From contig BTUV01000005.1 of NCBI GenBank assembly GCA_045863035.1, positions 47,899-111,898 on the forward strand: a DNA stretch of 64,000 nucleotides, read 5' to 3'. The notes beneath the pieces are model-generated. The model was not told where the DNA came from. It saw only the letters and a program-made list of their open reading frames with translations, and made no database searches. This stretch comes from Ignavibacteriales bacterium. GTDB lineage: Bacteria > Bacteroidota > Ignavibacteria > Ignavibacteriales > Ignavibacteriaceae. Position 1 is the stretch's first letter, and the number at the start of each line of letters is the position of its first letter. Below are positions 44,224-53,807 of this stretch, one piece after another. Position numbers and translations under genes: made by a program.

Positions 44224-45888
44224 ATGATCCCGGTAAAAAAGCAAATCACTAAACACCTGAATCAAATAGCTGATATGATGGAGTTTAACGGTGAGAATAT
44301 TTTTAAGGTTAAAGCTTTTCGTAACGCATCCAACAGTATCAGAGAGTATGACGGTGACGTGATGCTTATGATTTCTGAAGAGCGATTGCATGAGATTAAG
44401 GGAATCGGTAAAGGAATCCAACCCGTTATTCTGGATTTTGCTTCTTCGGGAAGTTCAAAGCTGTTTGTTGAACTTGAATCGAAAATTCCTATCGGGATTA
44501 CTGAACTTTTTGAAATAAAAGGACTGGGACCTAAAAAAACTGCGCAAATATTTAAAGAGCTAAACGTAACCGACCGGAATTCACTTATTGCAGCAATTGA
44601 AAGTAACCGGCTGGCTGAACTTCAGGGATTTGGTGAAAAAACCACGATGAAAATATTAGAAGAACTTAAAAAGATTTTTGAAAATGAAAAATTTTGCCTG
44701 ATTGATAAAGGTTTTTTCTTAATTAATGAACTTGAAAAAAAATTACCTTCTCTCATTGGGGTCTCCGGAATTACAAGAACCGGGGAAGCAAGAAGAGTCA
44801 GAGAAATTTTTTCTGCATTAGAGTTTGTTTTAATAGCAGACTCGGCTGAGGAAGTTCACAAGCAGGTAGCCGGATTTATTAACAAGCCAATCATACAGAA
44901 TAAAGTAGTCGAGGGAACTTTTGCTGATATGCCTGTTAAGCTATATATAACCGGCTCTGAAAAGGAATTACAAACTAGATTGTTCCAGACAACCGGGAGC
45001 CGGGAATTCCTGCAGGCGATAGGTTATAATGGCGAAGAAGCAGATTCAGAACAGGAAATTTTCAGACTGCTTAATCTTCCTTACATTGCCCCTGAGAACA
45101 GGGAATTTGAATTTTTTACTTCTCATTACTTCAAGAATTATCAGCAGACTGAGTTGCAGTTTAATAACTTTAAGGGGCATTTTCATTTTCATACTTTTTA
45201 CTCAGATGGGTTTAACTCCCTGGAGGAAATGGTAAAGCGCGCATCTGAATTGGGTTATCAGTTTTCAATAGTTTGCGACCATAGTAAGAGTGCATTTTAT
45301 GCCGGTGGTCTCACGCTTGATAAAATTGAAAAGCAGCAATCAGAAATTACAGGATTAAGAAAAAAAGGATTGCCAATTTTTCAGGGAATAGAATCAGATA
45401 TACTTGCAGATGGAGGGCTTGATTATCCGGAAGAAATATTAAAGCAATTCAGTTTAGTTGTTGCCTCAGTCCATAGCCGTTTGAATCTGACAGAGGATGA
45501 AATGACTGCCCGAATGATTAAAGCTGTTGAGAATCCTTATACTGATATACTGGCTCATCCGACCGGAAGAATCCTCCTCAAACGTGACCCTTATCCGGTG
45601 AATCTTTATAAGGTAATAGATGCCTGTGCTTCAAATGATGTTGCGCTTGAAATAAACTCGAACCCAAAACGGCTGGATACCGATTGGCGTTACCTTTTAT
45701 ACGCACGCGAAAAAGGCGTCAGGTTTGCCATTAATGCAGACGCTCACGCTACAGATCAGATTGCATTTGTTAATTTTGGTATTATGATCGCAAGAAAAGC
45801 CGGAATTACAGAAAGTGAGATTATTAATTGCTATGATTTTGATTCATTTAAAAAGTTTGCCTCAAGAAAAGTGAAAAGAGCATTATGA
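44224..45888 (+). CDS. polX: Family X DNA polymerase / PHP phosphoesterase (PolX), polymerase catalytic carboxylates apparently substituted
   Basis: 554 aa. HhH motifs are present (IKGIGKG, IKGLGPKKT, GFGEKT). The palm segment reads TGEARRVREIFSALEFVLIA where the family consensus is GSxRRGxExxGDxDxL. The PHP motifs are intact (HFHFHTFYSDG, CDHS, ESD, SVHS, AHPTGR, NADAH). Confidence 0.85.
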   Translation: MIPVKKQITKHLNQIADMMEFNGENIFKVKAFRNASNSIREYDGDVMLMISEERLHEIKGIGKGIQPVILDFASSGSSKLFVELESKIPIGITELFEIKGLGPKKTAQIFKELNVTDRNSLIAAIESNRLAELQGFGEKTTMKILEELKKIFENEKFCLIDKGFFLINELEKKLPSLIGVSGITRTGEARRVREIFSALEFVLIADSAEEVHKQVAGFINKPIIQNKVVEGTFADMPVKLYITGSEKELQTRLFQTTGSREFLQAIGYNGEEADSEQEIFRLLNLPYIAPENREFEFFTSHYFKNYQQTELQFNNFKGHFHFHTFYSDGFNSLEEMVKRASELGYQFSIVCDHSKSAFYAGGLTLDKIEKQQSEITGLRKKGLPIFQGIESDILADGGLDYPEEILKQFSLVVASVHSRLNLTEDEMTARMIKAVENPYTDILAHPTGRILLKRDPYPVNLYKVIDACASNDVALEINSNPKRLDTDWRYLLYAREKGVRFAINADAHATDQIAFVNFGIMIARKAGITESEIINCYDFDSFKKFASRKVKRAL

Positions 45889-46643
45889 GTCTTGTTACTT
45901 TTGAACTGACCGGTTCGACTGCCATTCTCACCATGAACAGACCTGAGAAACGGAACTCGCTTCATCCTGATCTGGTTAAAGAGTTTAAGGAATTATTTTC
46001 TAAATGTTCATCAAATGTTGCAATCAAAGCAATTATTATAACCGGAGCTGGTTCAAGTTTTTGCGCCGGCGCTGATCTTGCATATTTAAAAAGAATCAAT
46101 GTTTTTGATAACAGGGAAAATTACAAAGACTCAGATGAACTTTCGGGTTTATTTTATATGATCTATAAGTGTGATAAACTGACGATCGCGGCTGTCAACG
46201 GACCGGCTATCGCCGGAGGGTGTGGTTTGGCTTCATGCACTGATTACATTATCGCGGACAGGAATAATGCAAAGTTTGGATATACTGAAGTTAAAATAGG
46301 ATTTCTGCCGGCCATTGTTTCAGCTTTTCTGATTAAACGCATCGGAGAAGCAAAAGCTAGAAGGATGCTCATCTCAGGCGAGATAATAGATGCACAGACA
46401 GCATTTGATTACGGGTATGCAGACCAGCTTTCCGATCAAACGTTAAAGGATGCTTTAACATTTGCTGAAAAGCTTTCAGTAAATTCGTCTTATAGTATTG
46501 CAGAGACAAAGAAACTGATTAGAGAAATAGGACGGCTCAGTATAGAGCAGGCAATTGAATACTGTGTGGGGCTGAATGCAGTCAGTAGAAAGTCTGATGA
46601 TTTTATTGCCGGAATAAATACATTTCTAAACAAGGAGAAATAA
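45885..46643 (+). CDS. Enoyl-CoA hydratase/isomerase family protein
   Basis: 252 aa, ITGAGSSFCAGADL, AVNGPAIAGG. Confidence 0.85.
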   Translation: MSLVTFELTGSTAILTMNRPEKRNSLHPDLVKEFKELFSKCSSNVAIKAIIITGAGSSFCAGADLAYLKRINVFDNRENYKDSDELSGLFYMIYKCDKLTIAAVNGPAIAGGCGLASCTDYIIADRNNAKFGYTEVKIGFLPAIVSAFLIKRIGEAKARRMLISGEIIDAQTAFDYGYADQLSDQTLKDALTFAEKLSVNSSYSIAETKKLIREIGRLSIEQAIEYCVGLNAVSRKSDDFIAGINTFLNKEK

Positions 46644-47155
46644 TGGAACTCAAGAACACGATTCGCGAAATACCTGACTGGCCTAAAAAAGGAATTGTTT
46701 TTAAGGATATTACTACTTTGCTTAAAGATCCGGCTGCGTTCGCGTCTGCTGCGGATCAGATTTATGATCAGGTCAAAGATCTTGGTGTTACCAAAGTAGC
46801 ATCAATAGAATCAAGAGGATTCATCCTCGGAGGCGCGCTCGCTCTTAAATTGAACGCTGGTTTCATACCTGTCCGCAAGCCGAACAAACTTCCGGCAGAT
46901 ACTGTAAAAATTCAGTATCAACTTGAGTATGGAACAGATACGTTAGAGATGCACCGCGATGCAATAATTCCGGGAGATAAGGTATTGTTACACGATGACG
47001 TTCTTGCGACCGGAGGCACTGCTGCTGCAACGGTTTCACTGATTGAACAATTAGGAGGTAAAGTTGTTGGTTGTTCATTTATCATTGAATTAGGTTTTCT
47101 TAACGGCGCGTCTAAATTGGGCGGTCAAAAGATTTTTTCACTGCTTAAATATTGA
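46643..47155 (+). CDS. apt: Adenine phosphoribosyltransferase
   Basis: 170 aa, IPDWPKKGIVFKDIT, VLLHDDVLATGGTAAA. Confidence 0.95.
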   Translation: MELKNTIREIPDWPKKGIVFKDITTLLKDPAAFASAADQIYDQVKDLGVTKVASIESRGFILGGALALKLNAGFIPVRKPNKLPADTVKIQYQLEYGTDTLEMHRDAIIPGDKVLLHDDVLATGGTAAATVSLIEQLGGKVVGCSFIIELGFLNGASKLGGQKIFSLLKY

Positions 47156-47162
47156 CTGTATA

Positions 47163-47624
47163 ATGCAGGTTAAGTCAGGTATCATCGAAGCTCATATAGT
47201 AAGAAGGAGCGGGCATATAATTGAATTTCTTCTGCTGAAAAGAGCCGAGACGGAGATATATCCCGGACTTTGGCAGATGGTGAGCGGAAGAATTAATCAG
47301 GATGAGGCGGCCTATAGCGCGGCAATAAGAGAACTTAAAGAAGAGACCGGATTAACTGCCGTGAAAATGTGGGTCGTCCCCACTGTTAATTCGTTTTATT
47401 ATCCGAAAGATGACAGTGTTACGATGATACCGGTTTTTTTATTTGAAGTTCCTTATGAAAGTGAAGTTCAGCTTTCGGAGGAACATAGTGAATATATCTG
47501 GACAACTGCTGATGCAGCAACTGAACGGCTTGCATGGCCGGGGCAGAGAAATGCACTGCGCGTTATTACAGAATATATGAATGAAAGAATTTCGTTTTTG
47601 AATTTTGTTGAAATTACATTATAA
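47163..47624 (+). CDS. NUDIX hydrolase
   Basis: 153 aa with the Nudix box GRINQDEAAYSAAIRELKEETGL. Confidence 0.85.
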   Translation: MQVKSGIIEAHIVRRSGHIIEFLLLKRAETEIYPGLWQMVSGRINQDEAAYSAAIRELKEETGLTAVKMWVVPTVNSFYYPKDDSVTMIPVFLFEVPYESEVQLSEEHSEYIWTTADAATERLAWPGQRNALRVITEYMNERISFLNFVEITL

Positions 47625-47639
47625 TATAAGGATACACCC

Positions 47640-48557
47640 ATGGGTTTACTCGTAGTCGGTTCAGTGGCGCTTGATTCAGTCGCAACACCTTTTGATAAGG
47701 TTGACAATGCACTCGGCGGATCAGCCACTTATATATCACTTTCCGCATCCTATTTTTCAGGACCGGTTCATGTTGTGGCAGTTGTAGGAGATGATTTCCC
47801 GCAGAAATATCTTCAGATGCTTGAGTCGCACAATATTGATCTTGACGGTCTTCAGGTGATAAAAGGAGGCAAAACCTTTCGTTGGGCAGGGAAATACCAT
47901 TATGATCTTAATTCACGCGACACACTTCTGACGGAACTGAATGTGTTTGAAAAGTTTGATCCGGTTATACCTGACCATCAGCGTAAGGCAAAATTCGTAT
48001 GTCTCGGCAATATTGATCCGGTCCTTCAGAAACGAGTACTCGATCAGCTTGAAAAGCCACAGTTTGTGGTCTGCGATACGATGAATTACTGGATTGAAGG
48101 CAAGAGGGATGAATTGATTTCACTGCTCCCGCGCGTGAATGTTTTAATCATCAACGATTCAGAAGCCCGCCTTCTTGCCAATGAACCAAACCTTATTAAG
48201 GCAGCAAAACTCATAAGAGGCATGGGCGTGCAGACATTAATCATTAAAAAAGGGGAGCATGGTGCATTGCTTTTCAGTGAAGATGTGATTTTCTCAGCAC
48301 CGGCCTACCCGATGGAGATGATTTTTGATCCGACCGGAGCAGGTGATACATTTGCCGGTGGTTTTATTGGTTATCTGTATAAGACTCAGGATCTTTCCGT
48401 TGAAAATATCAAGCGTGCGGTTATATATGGCAGTACGATGGCTTCATTCTGCGTCGAAAAATTCAGTACTGAAGAATTAGAAGAGCTCAGTTATCTGCGT
48501 ATTCAGGACCGTTACAGGGAGTTTCTCGCTCTTTCACGCTTTGATGATAACCTCTGA
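47640..48557 (+). CDS. PfkB-family carbohydrate/nucleoside kinase
   Basis: 305 aa. N-terminal GSVALD and C-terminal DPTGAGDTFAGGF (ribokinase-family anion hole). Confidence 0.85.
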   Translation: MGLLVVGSVALDSVATPFDKVDNALGGSATYISLSASYFSGPVHVVAVVGDDFPQKYLQMLESHNIDLDGLQVIKGGKTFRWAGKYHYDLNSRDTLLTELNVFEKFDPVIPDHQRKAKFVCLGNIDPVLQKRVLDQLEKPQFVVCDTMNYWIEGKRDELISLLPRVNVLIINDSEARLLANEPNLIKAAKLIRGMGVQTLIIKKGEHGALLFSEDVIFSAPAYPMEMIFDPTGAGDTFAGGFIGYLYKTQDLSVENIKRAVIYGSTMASFCVEKFSTEELEELSYLRIQDRYREFLALSRFDDNL

Positions 48558-49536
48558 TATAACGGCGTTAGGATACGAGGGGGATTCATTCTTTTTCATT
48601 GATCAGACCAGACTTCCTTTTGAGGAGGTTACAGTAAGGAGCAATGATTACGAACGTATCTCCCATGCAATAGAGCGGCTTGAGATACGCGGTGCGCCTG
48701 CAATCGGTTGTGCGGCAGCTTACGCTCTTGCACTAAGTTACCGTCCCGGTAATAAGGATAACTTTCAAGCTGCTTATGAACGGCTCAGGAAAACACGTCC
48801 AACTGCTGTGAATCTTTTTCACGGGCTTGAAGCGATATATAATATCTTTCGTAAAGGCGGCGACTTTAATGACTGTCTGGCAGCGGCAAAAGACTATCAT
48901 CAGACGGATATTCAGAGCTGCAATAATATATCAACTGCCGGCGCTGAACTTCTTGCCGGTAAAAAACGGCCACTGACTATTTGTAACACCGGTGCATTTG
49001 CGGTCGGGGGAGAAGGAACTGCTCTCGGGGTTATTAAGAAACTGCATAAAGTGAATCCGCTTGAATTGGTCACTGCCTGTGAAACAAGACCGCTGCTTCA
49101 GGGCGCGCGCCTCACTGCGTTTGAACTAGATAAAGCCGGTCTGCCCTTTCGGCTTATTGTTGACTCTGCCTCAGCTTTCTTTATGAGCAGGGGAGAAATT
49201 GATTTTGCAATTGCAGGGGCTGACAGAATTGCAGCAAACGGTGACACGGCAAATAAAATTGGAACACTTATGGTCGCTCAGCTTTGCAGTATCTACAGCA
49301 TACCCTTTTATATAGCCGCACCGGTGAGTACCATTGATTTCAAGATCAGCAGCGGTAAAGATATTCCTGTTGAATTCAGGTCTGCTGATGAACTGCACTC
49401 AGCAAGAGGAGTACAGATAACTTCTGAGAAGTTTCCGGCAGCTAATCCTGCATTTGATGTAACTCCTTCACACCTTATTGCAGGTATTATAACAGACCAG
49501 GGGTTTTTCACCCAGCCATATTCGTTCAAAAAATGA
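48541..49536 (+). CDS. mtnA: eIF-2B alpha/beta/delta-like isomerase (S-methyl-5-thioribose-1-phosphate isomerase-like)
   Basis: 331 aa, with TTG48541 or ATG48544 as the start. IRGAPAIG, RPTAVNL, ICNTG, GADRIAANGDTANKIGT. Confidence 0.8.
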   Translation: MMITSDITALGYEGDSFFFIDQTRLPFEEVTVRSNDYERISHAIERLEIRGAPAIGCAAAYALALSYRPGNKDNFQAAYERLRKTRPTAVNLFHGLEAIYNIFRKGGDFNDCLAAAKDYHQTDIQSCNNISTAGAELLAGKKRPLTICNTGAFAVGGEGTALGVIKKLHKVNPLELVTACETRPLLQGARLTAFELDKAGLPFRLIVDSASAFFMSRGEIDFAIAGADRIAANGDTANKIGTLMVAQLCSIYSIPFYIAAPVSTIDFKISSGKDIPVEFRSADELHSARGVQITSEKFPAANPAFDVTPSHLIAGIITDQGFFTQPYSFKK

Positions 49537-50273
49537 GTGCCATAATTACCACTGAAGCGGTTGTAATCAACAGCTATGATTTCAGTAATACAAGCAAGAT
49601 TGTGGTGCTTTACACACAAAAGTTAGGTAAAATTTCGGCTCTGATTAAAGCGGGGAGAGATAAAAATTCCAAGGTAGGCAGATCCGCGGATATTCTTAAT
49701 CTGATTTCTATTGTGTTATATAACAAGGATATCAGAGAGGTTCAGCTCTTGACCCAGGCGGATATGGTTGCTTATTTCAGCAATATCAGGGAGGACTATG
49801 AGACCTTGCTTTACGCCCACGCAGTTTTGGAGTTATTTCAATACCTCGTAAAAGAGCATGAGGAAAACCAACGGCTTTATGCCGGACTTAGAAAAATCCT
49901 TTACCGCTTTGACCAGAAGGAAGAGCCCCCCCCAATTACTTTTCTCCGATTTTTTGTCTTTTTTATTGAGCTTGCCGGCTACGAGCTTTCAACCCGGCAC
50001 TGTTCCATTTGCGGAAAGATATTTGACCCAATGAAAAGCTCCGCCGGGTTTAATAACACGGCAGGTGTTCTTTGCAGTGAGTGTACCCAAAAAATGACCT
50101 TAACAGTTCCTGTCAATCAGGAACTTTTCAGTGCCCTGCATTGTCTAAAAAGCGGAACACCTGATATCAGTCTGACTCAGGTGCAGGCGAGCCGGTTAAT
50201 CTCCATGCTCGAAAGTTTTCTGAAATATCATATTCCCGAATTTCAGGGACTAAAATCAATTAAGAGCATCTAA
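49533..50273 (+). CDS. recO: DNA repair protein RecO
   Basis: 246 aa with an N-terminal OB fold and a CSICG...CSEC zinc motif. Confidence 0.85.
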   Translation: MSAIITTEAVVINSYDFSNTSKIVVLYTQKLGKISALIKAGRDKNSKVGRSADILNLISIVLYNKDIREVQLLTQADMVAYFSNIREDYETLLYAHAVLELFQYLVKEHEENQRLYAGLRKILYRFDQKEEPPPITFLRFFVFFIELAGYELSTRHCSICGKIFDPMKSSAGFNNTAGVLCSECTQKMTLTVPVNQELFSALHCLKSGTPDISLTQVQASRLISMLESFLKYHIPEFQGLKSIKSI

Positions 50274-50315
50274 TTCTTTTTAAGAATACGTTTAATGAAA
50301 TAAGAGGTAAAAAGC

Positions 50316-51794
50316 ATGATAGCAAAAAGATTCTTGGGTGTAGCTGCTTTATTAGTTACAGGAATTATTCTCGGAGCAATCCTGGTATCCGGTTTTAACT
50401 GGGTACGACCGGGGTTAGCAGATATTTTCCTTGGTTCAAGCACTCCGCCGGTTAATCTGAATGCAGATGCGAATTCGTTCAGTCAGTCATTTATTGAAGT
50501 TGCTGATAAGGTAACCCCGTCCATAGTTCAGATTCAGGTTGTCTCAGAAGTTGAAAACCCGCATTCACAGTTTTTTTTCCCGTTCCAGGATTTTGATATG
50601 CCAAAGGAGCAGGAGGGTTCCGGCAGCGGTATAATCATCAGTGATGACGGGTATATACTCACCAATAATCATGTTGTTGAAGATGCCAAAAAAGTAACCG
50701 TTACTCTTTTTGATAAGAGAAAATTTGATGCTAAAGTTATTGGTAATGACCCTCTAACAGATTTGGCTGTTATTAAAATAAATACCACCGGCTTAGCTGA
50801 AGCGTATCTTGGAAACAGTGACAACCTTAAAGTCGGGCAGTGGGTAATGGCTATTGGCAACCCGCTCTCTCTCAGTTCAACGGTTACTGCCGGTATTGTT
50901 AGTGCGCTCAACCGAGGTCAGTTAAATCTGATTAAGGACTCCTACGGTGTTGAGAACTTTATCCAGACTGATGCGGCTATTAATCCCGGTAACAGTGGTG
51001 GAGCCCTCGTTGATTTATCCGGCGCAGTAATAGGTGTAAATAGCGCCATTGCCACTAAAACCGGGACATATATCGGTTACGGCTTTGCAATTCCTATCAA
51101 TCTCGCCCGTTCGGTCGCGAAGGATTTAATTGCAAATGGCAAAGTTAGCCGCGGGTATATTGGCGTGCAGATCAGAGAAGTTGATGCTGCACTTGCAAAA
51201 TCTCTTGGTCTTGATAAGCCGAGCGGCGTAATTGTTGAAGGTATAGTTGAAGGCGGCGCGGCAGCAGTTGAAGATGTAAGAAGAGGTGATGTAATATTAA
51301 AAATTGATGGAAATGAAATAAGTCAGCCAAATCAGTTGCAAAGCTATGTCGCTTCAAAATCGGCTGGTACAAAGGTGAAGCTGGAAATTTTCAGGGATGG
51401 GAAAAAACTTGAAAAAACCGTAACACTGAAACCGAAACAGGAAGACCCGTCAACGGATGTTGCGAAGAATGAGAAAAAAGATGATAACGAAAATGAAAAC
51501 ACCTCAAGTGCAACATTTGACAATATAGGGCTGAAAGTCCGCAATATGACAAACAGCGAAAAGACCACCTTCAAGATTGAAGAGGGAATCCTGATTTCTG
51601 AAGTTACTCCTTATAGTTCGGCAGCCGCTCAGGGGCTCAGCCGTGGACTCGCTATTACCAAAGCTGACAAGCTGCAGATTACCTCAGTCAGTCAGTTCAA
51701 AAAGCTGGTTGATGGCAAATCCGGTGGCGCCATCCTTATAGAAGTAACCGACAGTAAGGGAAATACCAGGTTTGTCGGGCTGGAAATCCCATGA
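50316..51794 (+). CDS. htrA: Do/DegP/HtrA serine protease with two PDZ domains
   Basis: 492 aa. Catalytic triad context TNNHVV, DLAVIK, GNSGGAL. Two PDZ-like segments. Confidence 0.92.
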   Translation: MIAKRFLGVAALLVTGIILGAILVSGFNWVRPGLADIFLGSSTPPVNLNADANSFSQSFIEVADKVTPSIVQIQVVSEVENPHSQFFFPFQDFDMPKEQEGSGSGIIISDDGYILTNNHVVEDAKKVTVTLFDKRKFDAKVIGNDPLTDLAVIKINTTGLAEAYLGNSDNLKVGQWVMAIGNPLSLSSTVTAGIVSALNRGQLNLIKDSYGVENFIQTDAAINPGNSGGALVDLSGAVIGVNSAIATKTGTYIGYGFAIPINLARSVAKDLIANGKVSRGYIGVQIREVDAALAKSLGLDKPSGVIVEGIVEGGAAAVEDVRRGDVILKIDGNEISQPNQLQSYVASKSAGTKVKLEIFRDGKKLEKTVTLKPKQEDPSTDVAKNEKKDDNENENTSSATFDNIGLKVRNMTNSEKTTFKIEEGILISEVTPYSSAAAQGLSRGLAITKADKLQITSVSQFKKLVDGKSGGAILIEVTDSKGNTRFVGLEIP

Positions 51795-51820
51795 TTTAAG
51801 AGGTAAAATATATATCTTTG

Positions 51821-51846
51821 AGGCGGAGAATTTCTCCGCCTTTTTA
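51821..51846 (+). terminator. Rho-independent terminator after htrA
   Basis: AGGCGGAGA-ATT-TCTCCGCCT followed by TTTTAATTTT. Confidence 0.85.
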
Positions 51847-51866
51847 ATTTTAAATGTAATAATGTA

Positions 51867-53066
51867 ATGATTCGATACAGCACAGCAGGTGAGTCGCACG
51901 GTAAGGGACTGCTCATGATAGCCGAGGGTTTTCCCTCAAACATACCTGTCAGCCAGGAGTTTATTAATAATGAACTGCGGCGACGTCAGATGGGTTATGG
52001 CCGCGGGGGACGAATGATAATTGAGACAGATACCGCAGAGGTTTTGAGCGGAATTCGATTTAGTAAAACACTCGGCTCCCCGGTTGGTATTCTCATCCAA
52101 AACCGGGATTGGGAAAACTGGACTGAGAAAATGTCTGCTTTCGGAAAAAGAGGTAAAGTCGAAAAAATTACTGTGCCTCGTCCCGGACATGCAGATTTGA
52201 CCGGCTCAGTAAAATATGATTTTGATGATATCCGGAATTCCATTGAGCGGTCTTCAGCGCGCGAAACAGCAGCGAGGGTTGCTGCTGGTGCCATGGCGAA
52301 ATCCTTGCTGGCTGAACTTGATATTTTTGTCGGAAGTTTTGTTGAGAGTATTGGGGGTATATATCCGGATTTTAATTTTGCGGATTTGCTTGCTGCCAAC
52401 AGCATTGAAGATGACTTTTCTGCCGGTTCTTTGAACACAATGGCTGATGCCAGTGAGGTTAGGGTTCTTGATGAACTGCAGGAAGATAAAATTATCAGGA
52501 AAATAAAAGCATGCAAGAAACGGGGGGATACTCTCGGAGGCAGTTTTTGTGTTGCTGTGAGTGGTGTGCCTACCGGGCTTGGTTCATTCGTATCAGTGAA
52601 CGAAAGATTAGATGCCGCACTCTCTCATGCGATTGTCGGGATAAATGCGGTTAAAGGGGTGGAAATTGGCGAAGGATTTCAGGCATCGCGCAGCTTCGGG
52701 TCTGAATCGCATGATGAAGTTATTCGCAAAAAAAATGTCATCAGGAGAAAAACCAATCGTTCCGGAGGAATTGAAGGGGGTATATCAACCGGTGAAGTGA
52801 TCTGGCTGAGGGGATATATGAAACCAATTGCAACCCTGATGAAACCGGTAAGAACAGTTGACATCAGTACATTTGATGAACTTGAAGCCCGTCGCGAAAG
52901 AAGTGACTTTGTGGCTGTACCCGCCTGTGCTGTAATCGCAGAAGCAATGACTGCCTGGGTAGTGGCAGATTTTATCCTGAGAAAGTTTGGCGGTGACTCG
53001 ATGATTGAAACAAAAAAGAATTTTTTGAATTGGGAGAAATATCTTAAAAAAAGAAGGGTCAGATAG
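51867..53066 (+). CDS. aroC: Chorismate synthase
   Basis: 399 aa, MIRYSTAGESHGKG, GRSSARETA-like RSSARETAARVAAG, and RSDFVAVPA near the C-terminus. Confidence 0.95.
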   Translation: MIRYSTAGESHGKGLLMIAEGFPSNIPVSQEFINNELRRRQMGYGRGGRMIIETDTAEVLSGIRFSKTLGSPVGILIQNRDWENWTEKMSAFGKRGKVEKITVPRPGHADLTGSVKYDFDDIRNSIERSSARETAARVAAGAMAKSLLAELDIFVGSFVESIGGIYPDFNFADLLAANSIEDDFSAGSLNTMADASEVRVLDELQEDKIIRKIKACKKRGDTLGGSFCVAVSGVPTGLGSFVSVNERLDAALSHAIVGINAVKGVEIGEGFQASRSFGSESHDEVIRKKNVIRRKTNRSGGIEGGISTGEVIWLRGYMKPIATLMKPVRTVDISTFDELEARRERSDFVAVPACAVIAEAMTAWVVADFILRKFGGDSMIETKKNFLNWEKYLKKRRVR

Positions 53067-53070
53067 TTTT

Positions 53071-53730
53071 ATGACGCAAAAAAATGGCTCAATCAGTCTG
53101 AAGACGATAACCTGTAATCCTTTTGCAGAAAATACCTACATTTTATGGGATACTGAAACACAAGACGGAGTGATATTTGACCCGGGCTGTTCTGATTCTC
53201 AGGAGGAATATGAGTTAAGCAGCTTTATCCTTGAACAAAAAATCCGTGTGAAAGCAGTGATAAATACCCATTGTCACCTTGATCATGTATGGGGAAATCC
53301 CTTTGTTAAAGAGAACTGGGGATGTCCGCTCTATGTACCGGAACACGAACTGGCTCTCCTTCGTTATGCGAAAAAGCAAGGGCAGAGTTTTGGCTTGGTG
53401 CTGCCAGACCAACCGGAGCCGGATATTATCATCAAGGAAGAGGGACATCTCGAAATTGGAAGTCTGAAACTCCGTTCAATCTTTACCCCCGGACATGCAC
53501 CTGGAGAGTATTGTTTTCTTATTAAGGGAACTGATTTTCTTATTGCCGGGGATGTGCTTTTTGAGGAAGGTATCGGGAGGACTGATCTGCCGGGGGGGAA
53601 TCATAAGATGCTTCTTGCCTCAATCAGAGAGCGGCTTTTTATTCTGCCGGACTCTACTATCGTTTTCCCCGGTCACGGGAACCCTACTACAATTGGTCAC
53701 GAAAAAGTATATAATCCGTTTCTGACATAG
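53071..53730 (+). CDS. MBL-fold metallo-hydrolase (GloB-like)
   Basis: 219 aa with HCHLDH, TPGHAPG, FPGHG. Confidence 0.85.
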   Translation: MTQKNGSISLKTITCNPFAENTYILWDTETQDGVIFDPGCSDSQEEYELSSFILEQKIRVKAVINTHCHLDHVWGNPFVKENWGCPLYVPEHELALLRYAKKQGQSFGLVLPDQPEPDIIIKEEGHLEIGSLKLRSIFTPGHAPGEYCFLIKGTDFLIAGDVLFEEGIGRTDLPGGNHKMLLASIRERLFILPDSTIVFPGHGNPTTIGHEKVYNPFLT

Positions 53731-53807
53731 ATAACGTTTTATTTTCACGAATTATTGTATATTTACATGTACTAGTTCTTATTCATCTTAACAATTTTGG
53801 AGAAAAA

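Noticed and set aside
51995-52516. 173-aa minus-strand ORF inside aroC
   Set aside because: It is an antisense shadow of chorismate synthase with no motifs. The same reasoning applies to the ORFs at 8690-9070, 35355-35723, 38564-39004 and 56435-56791.
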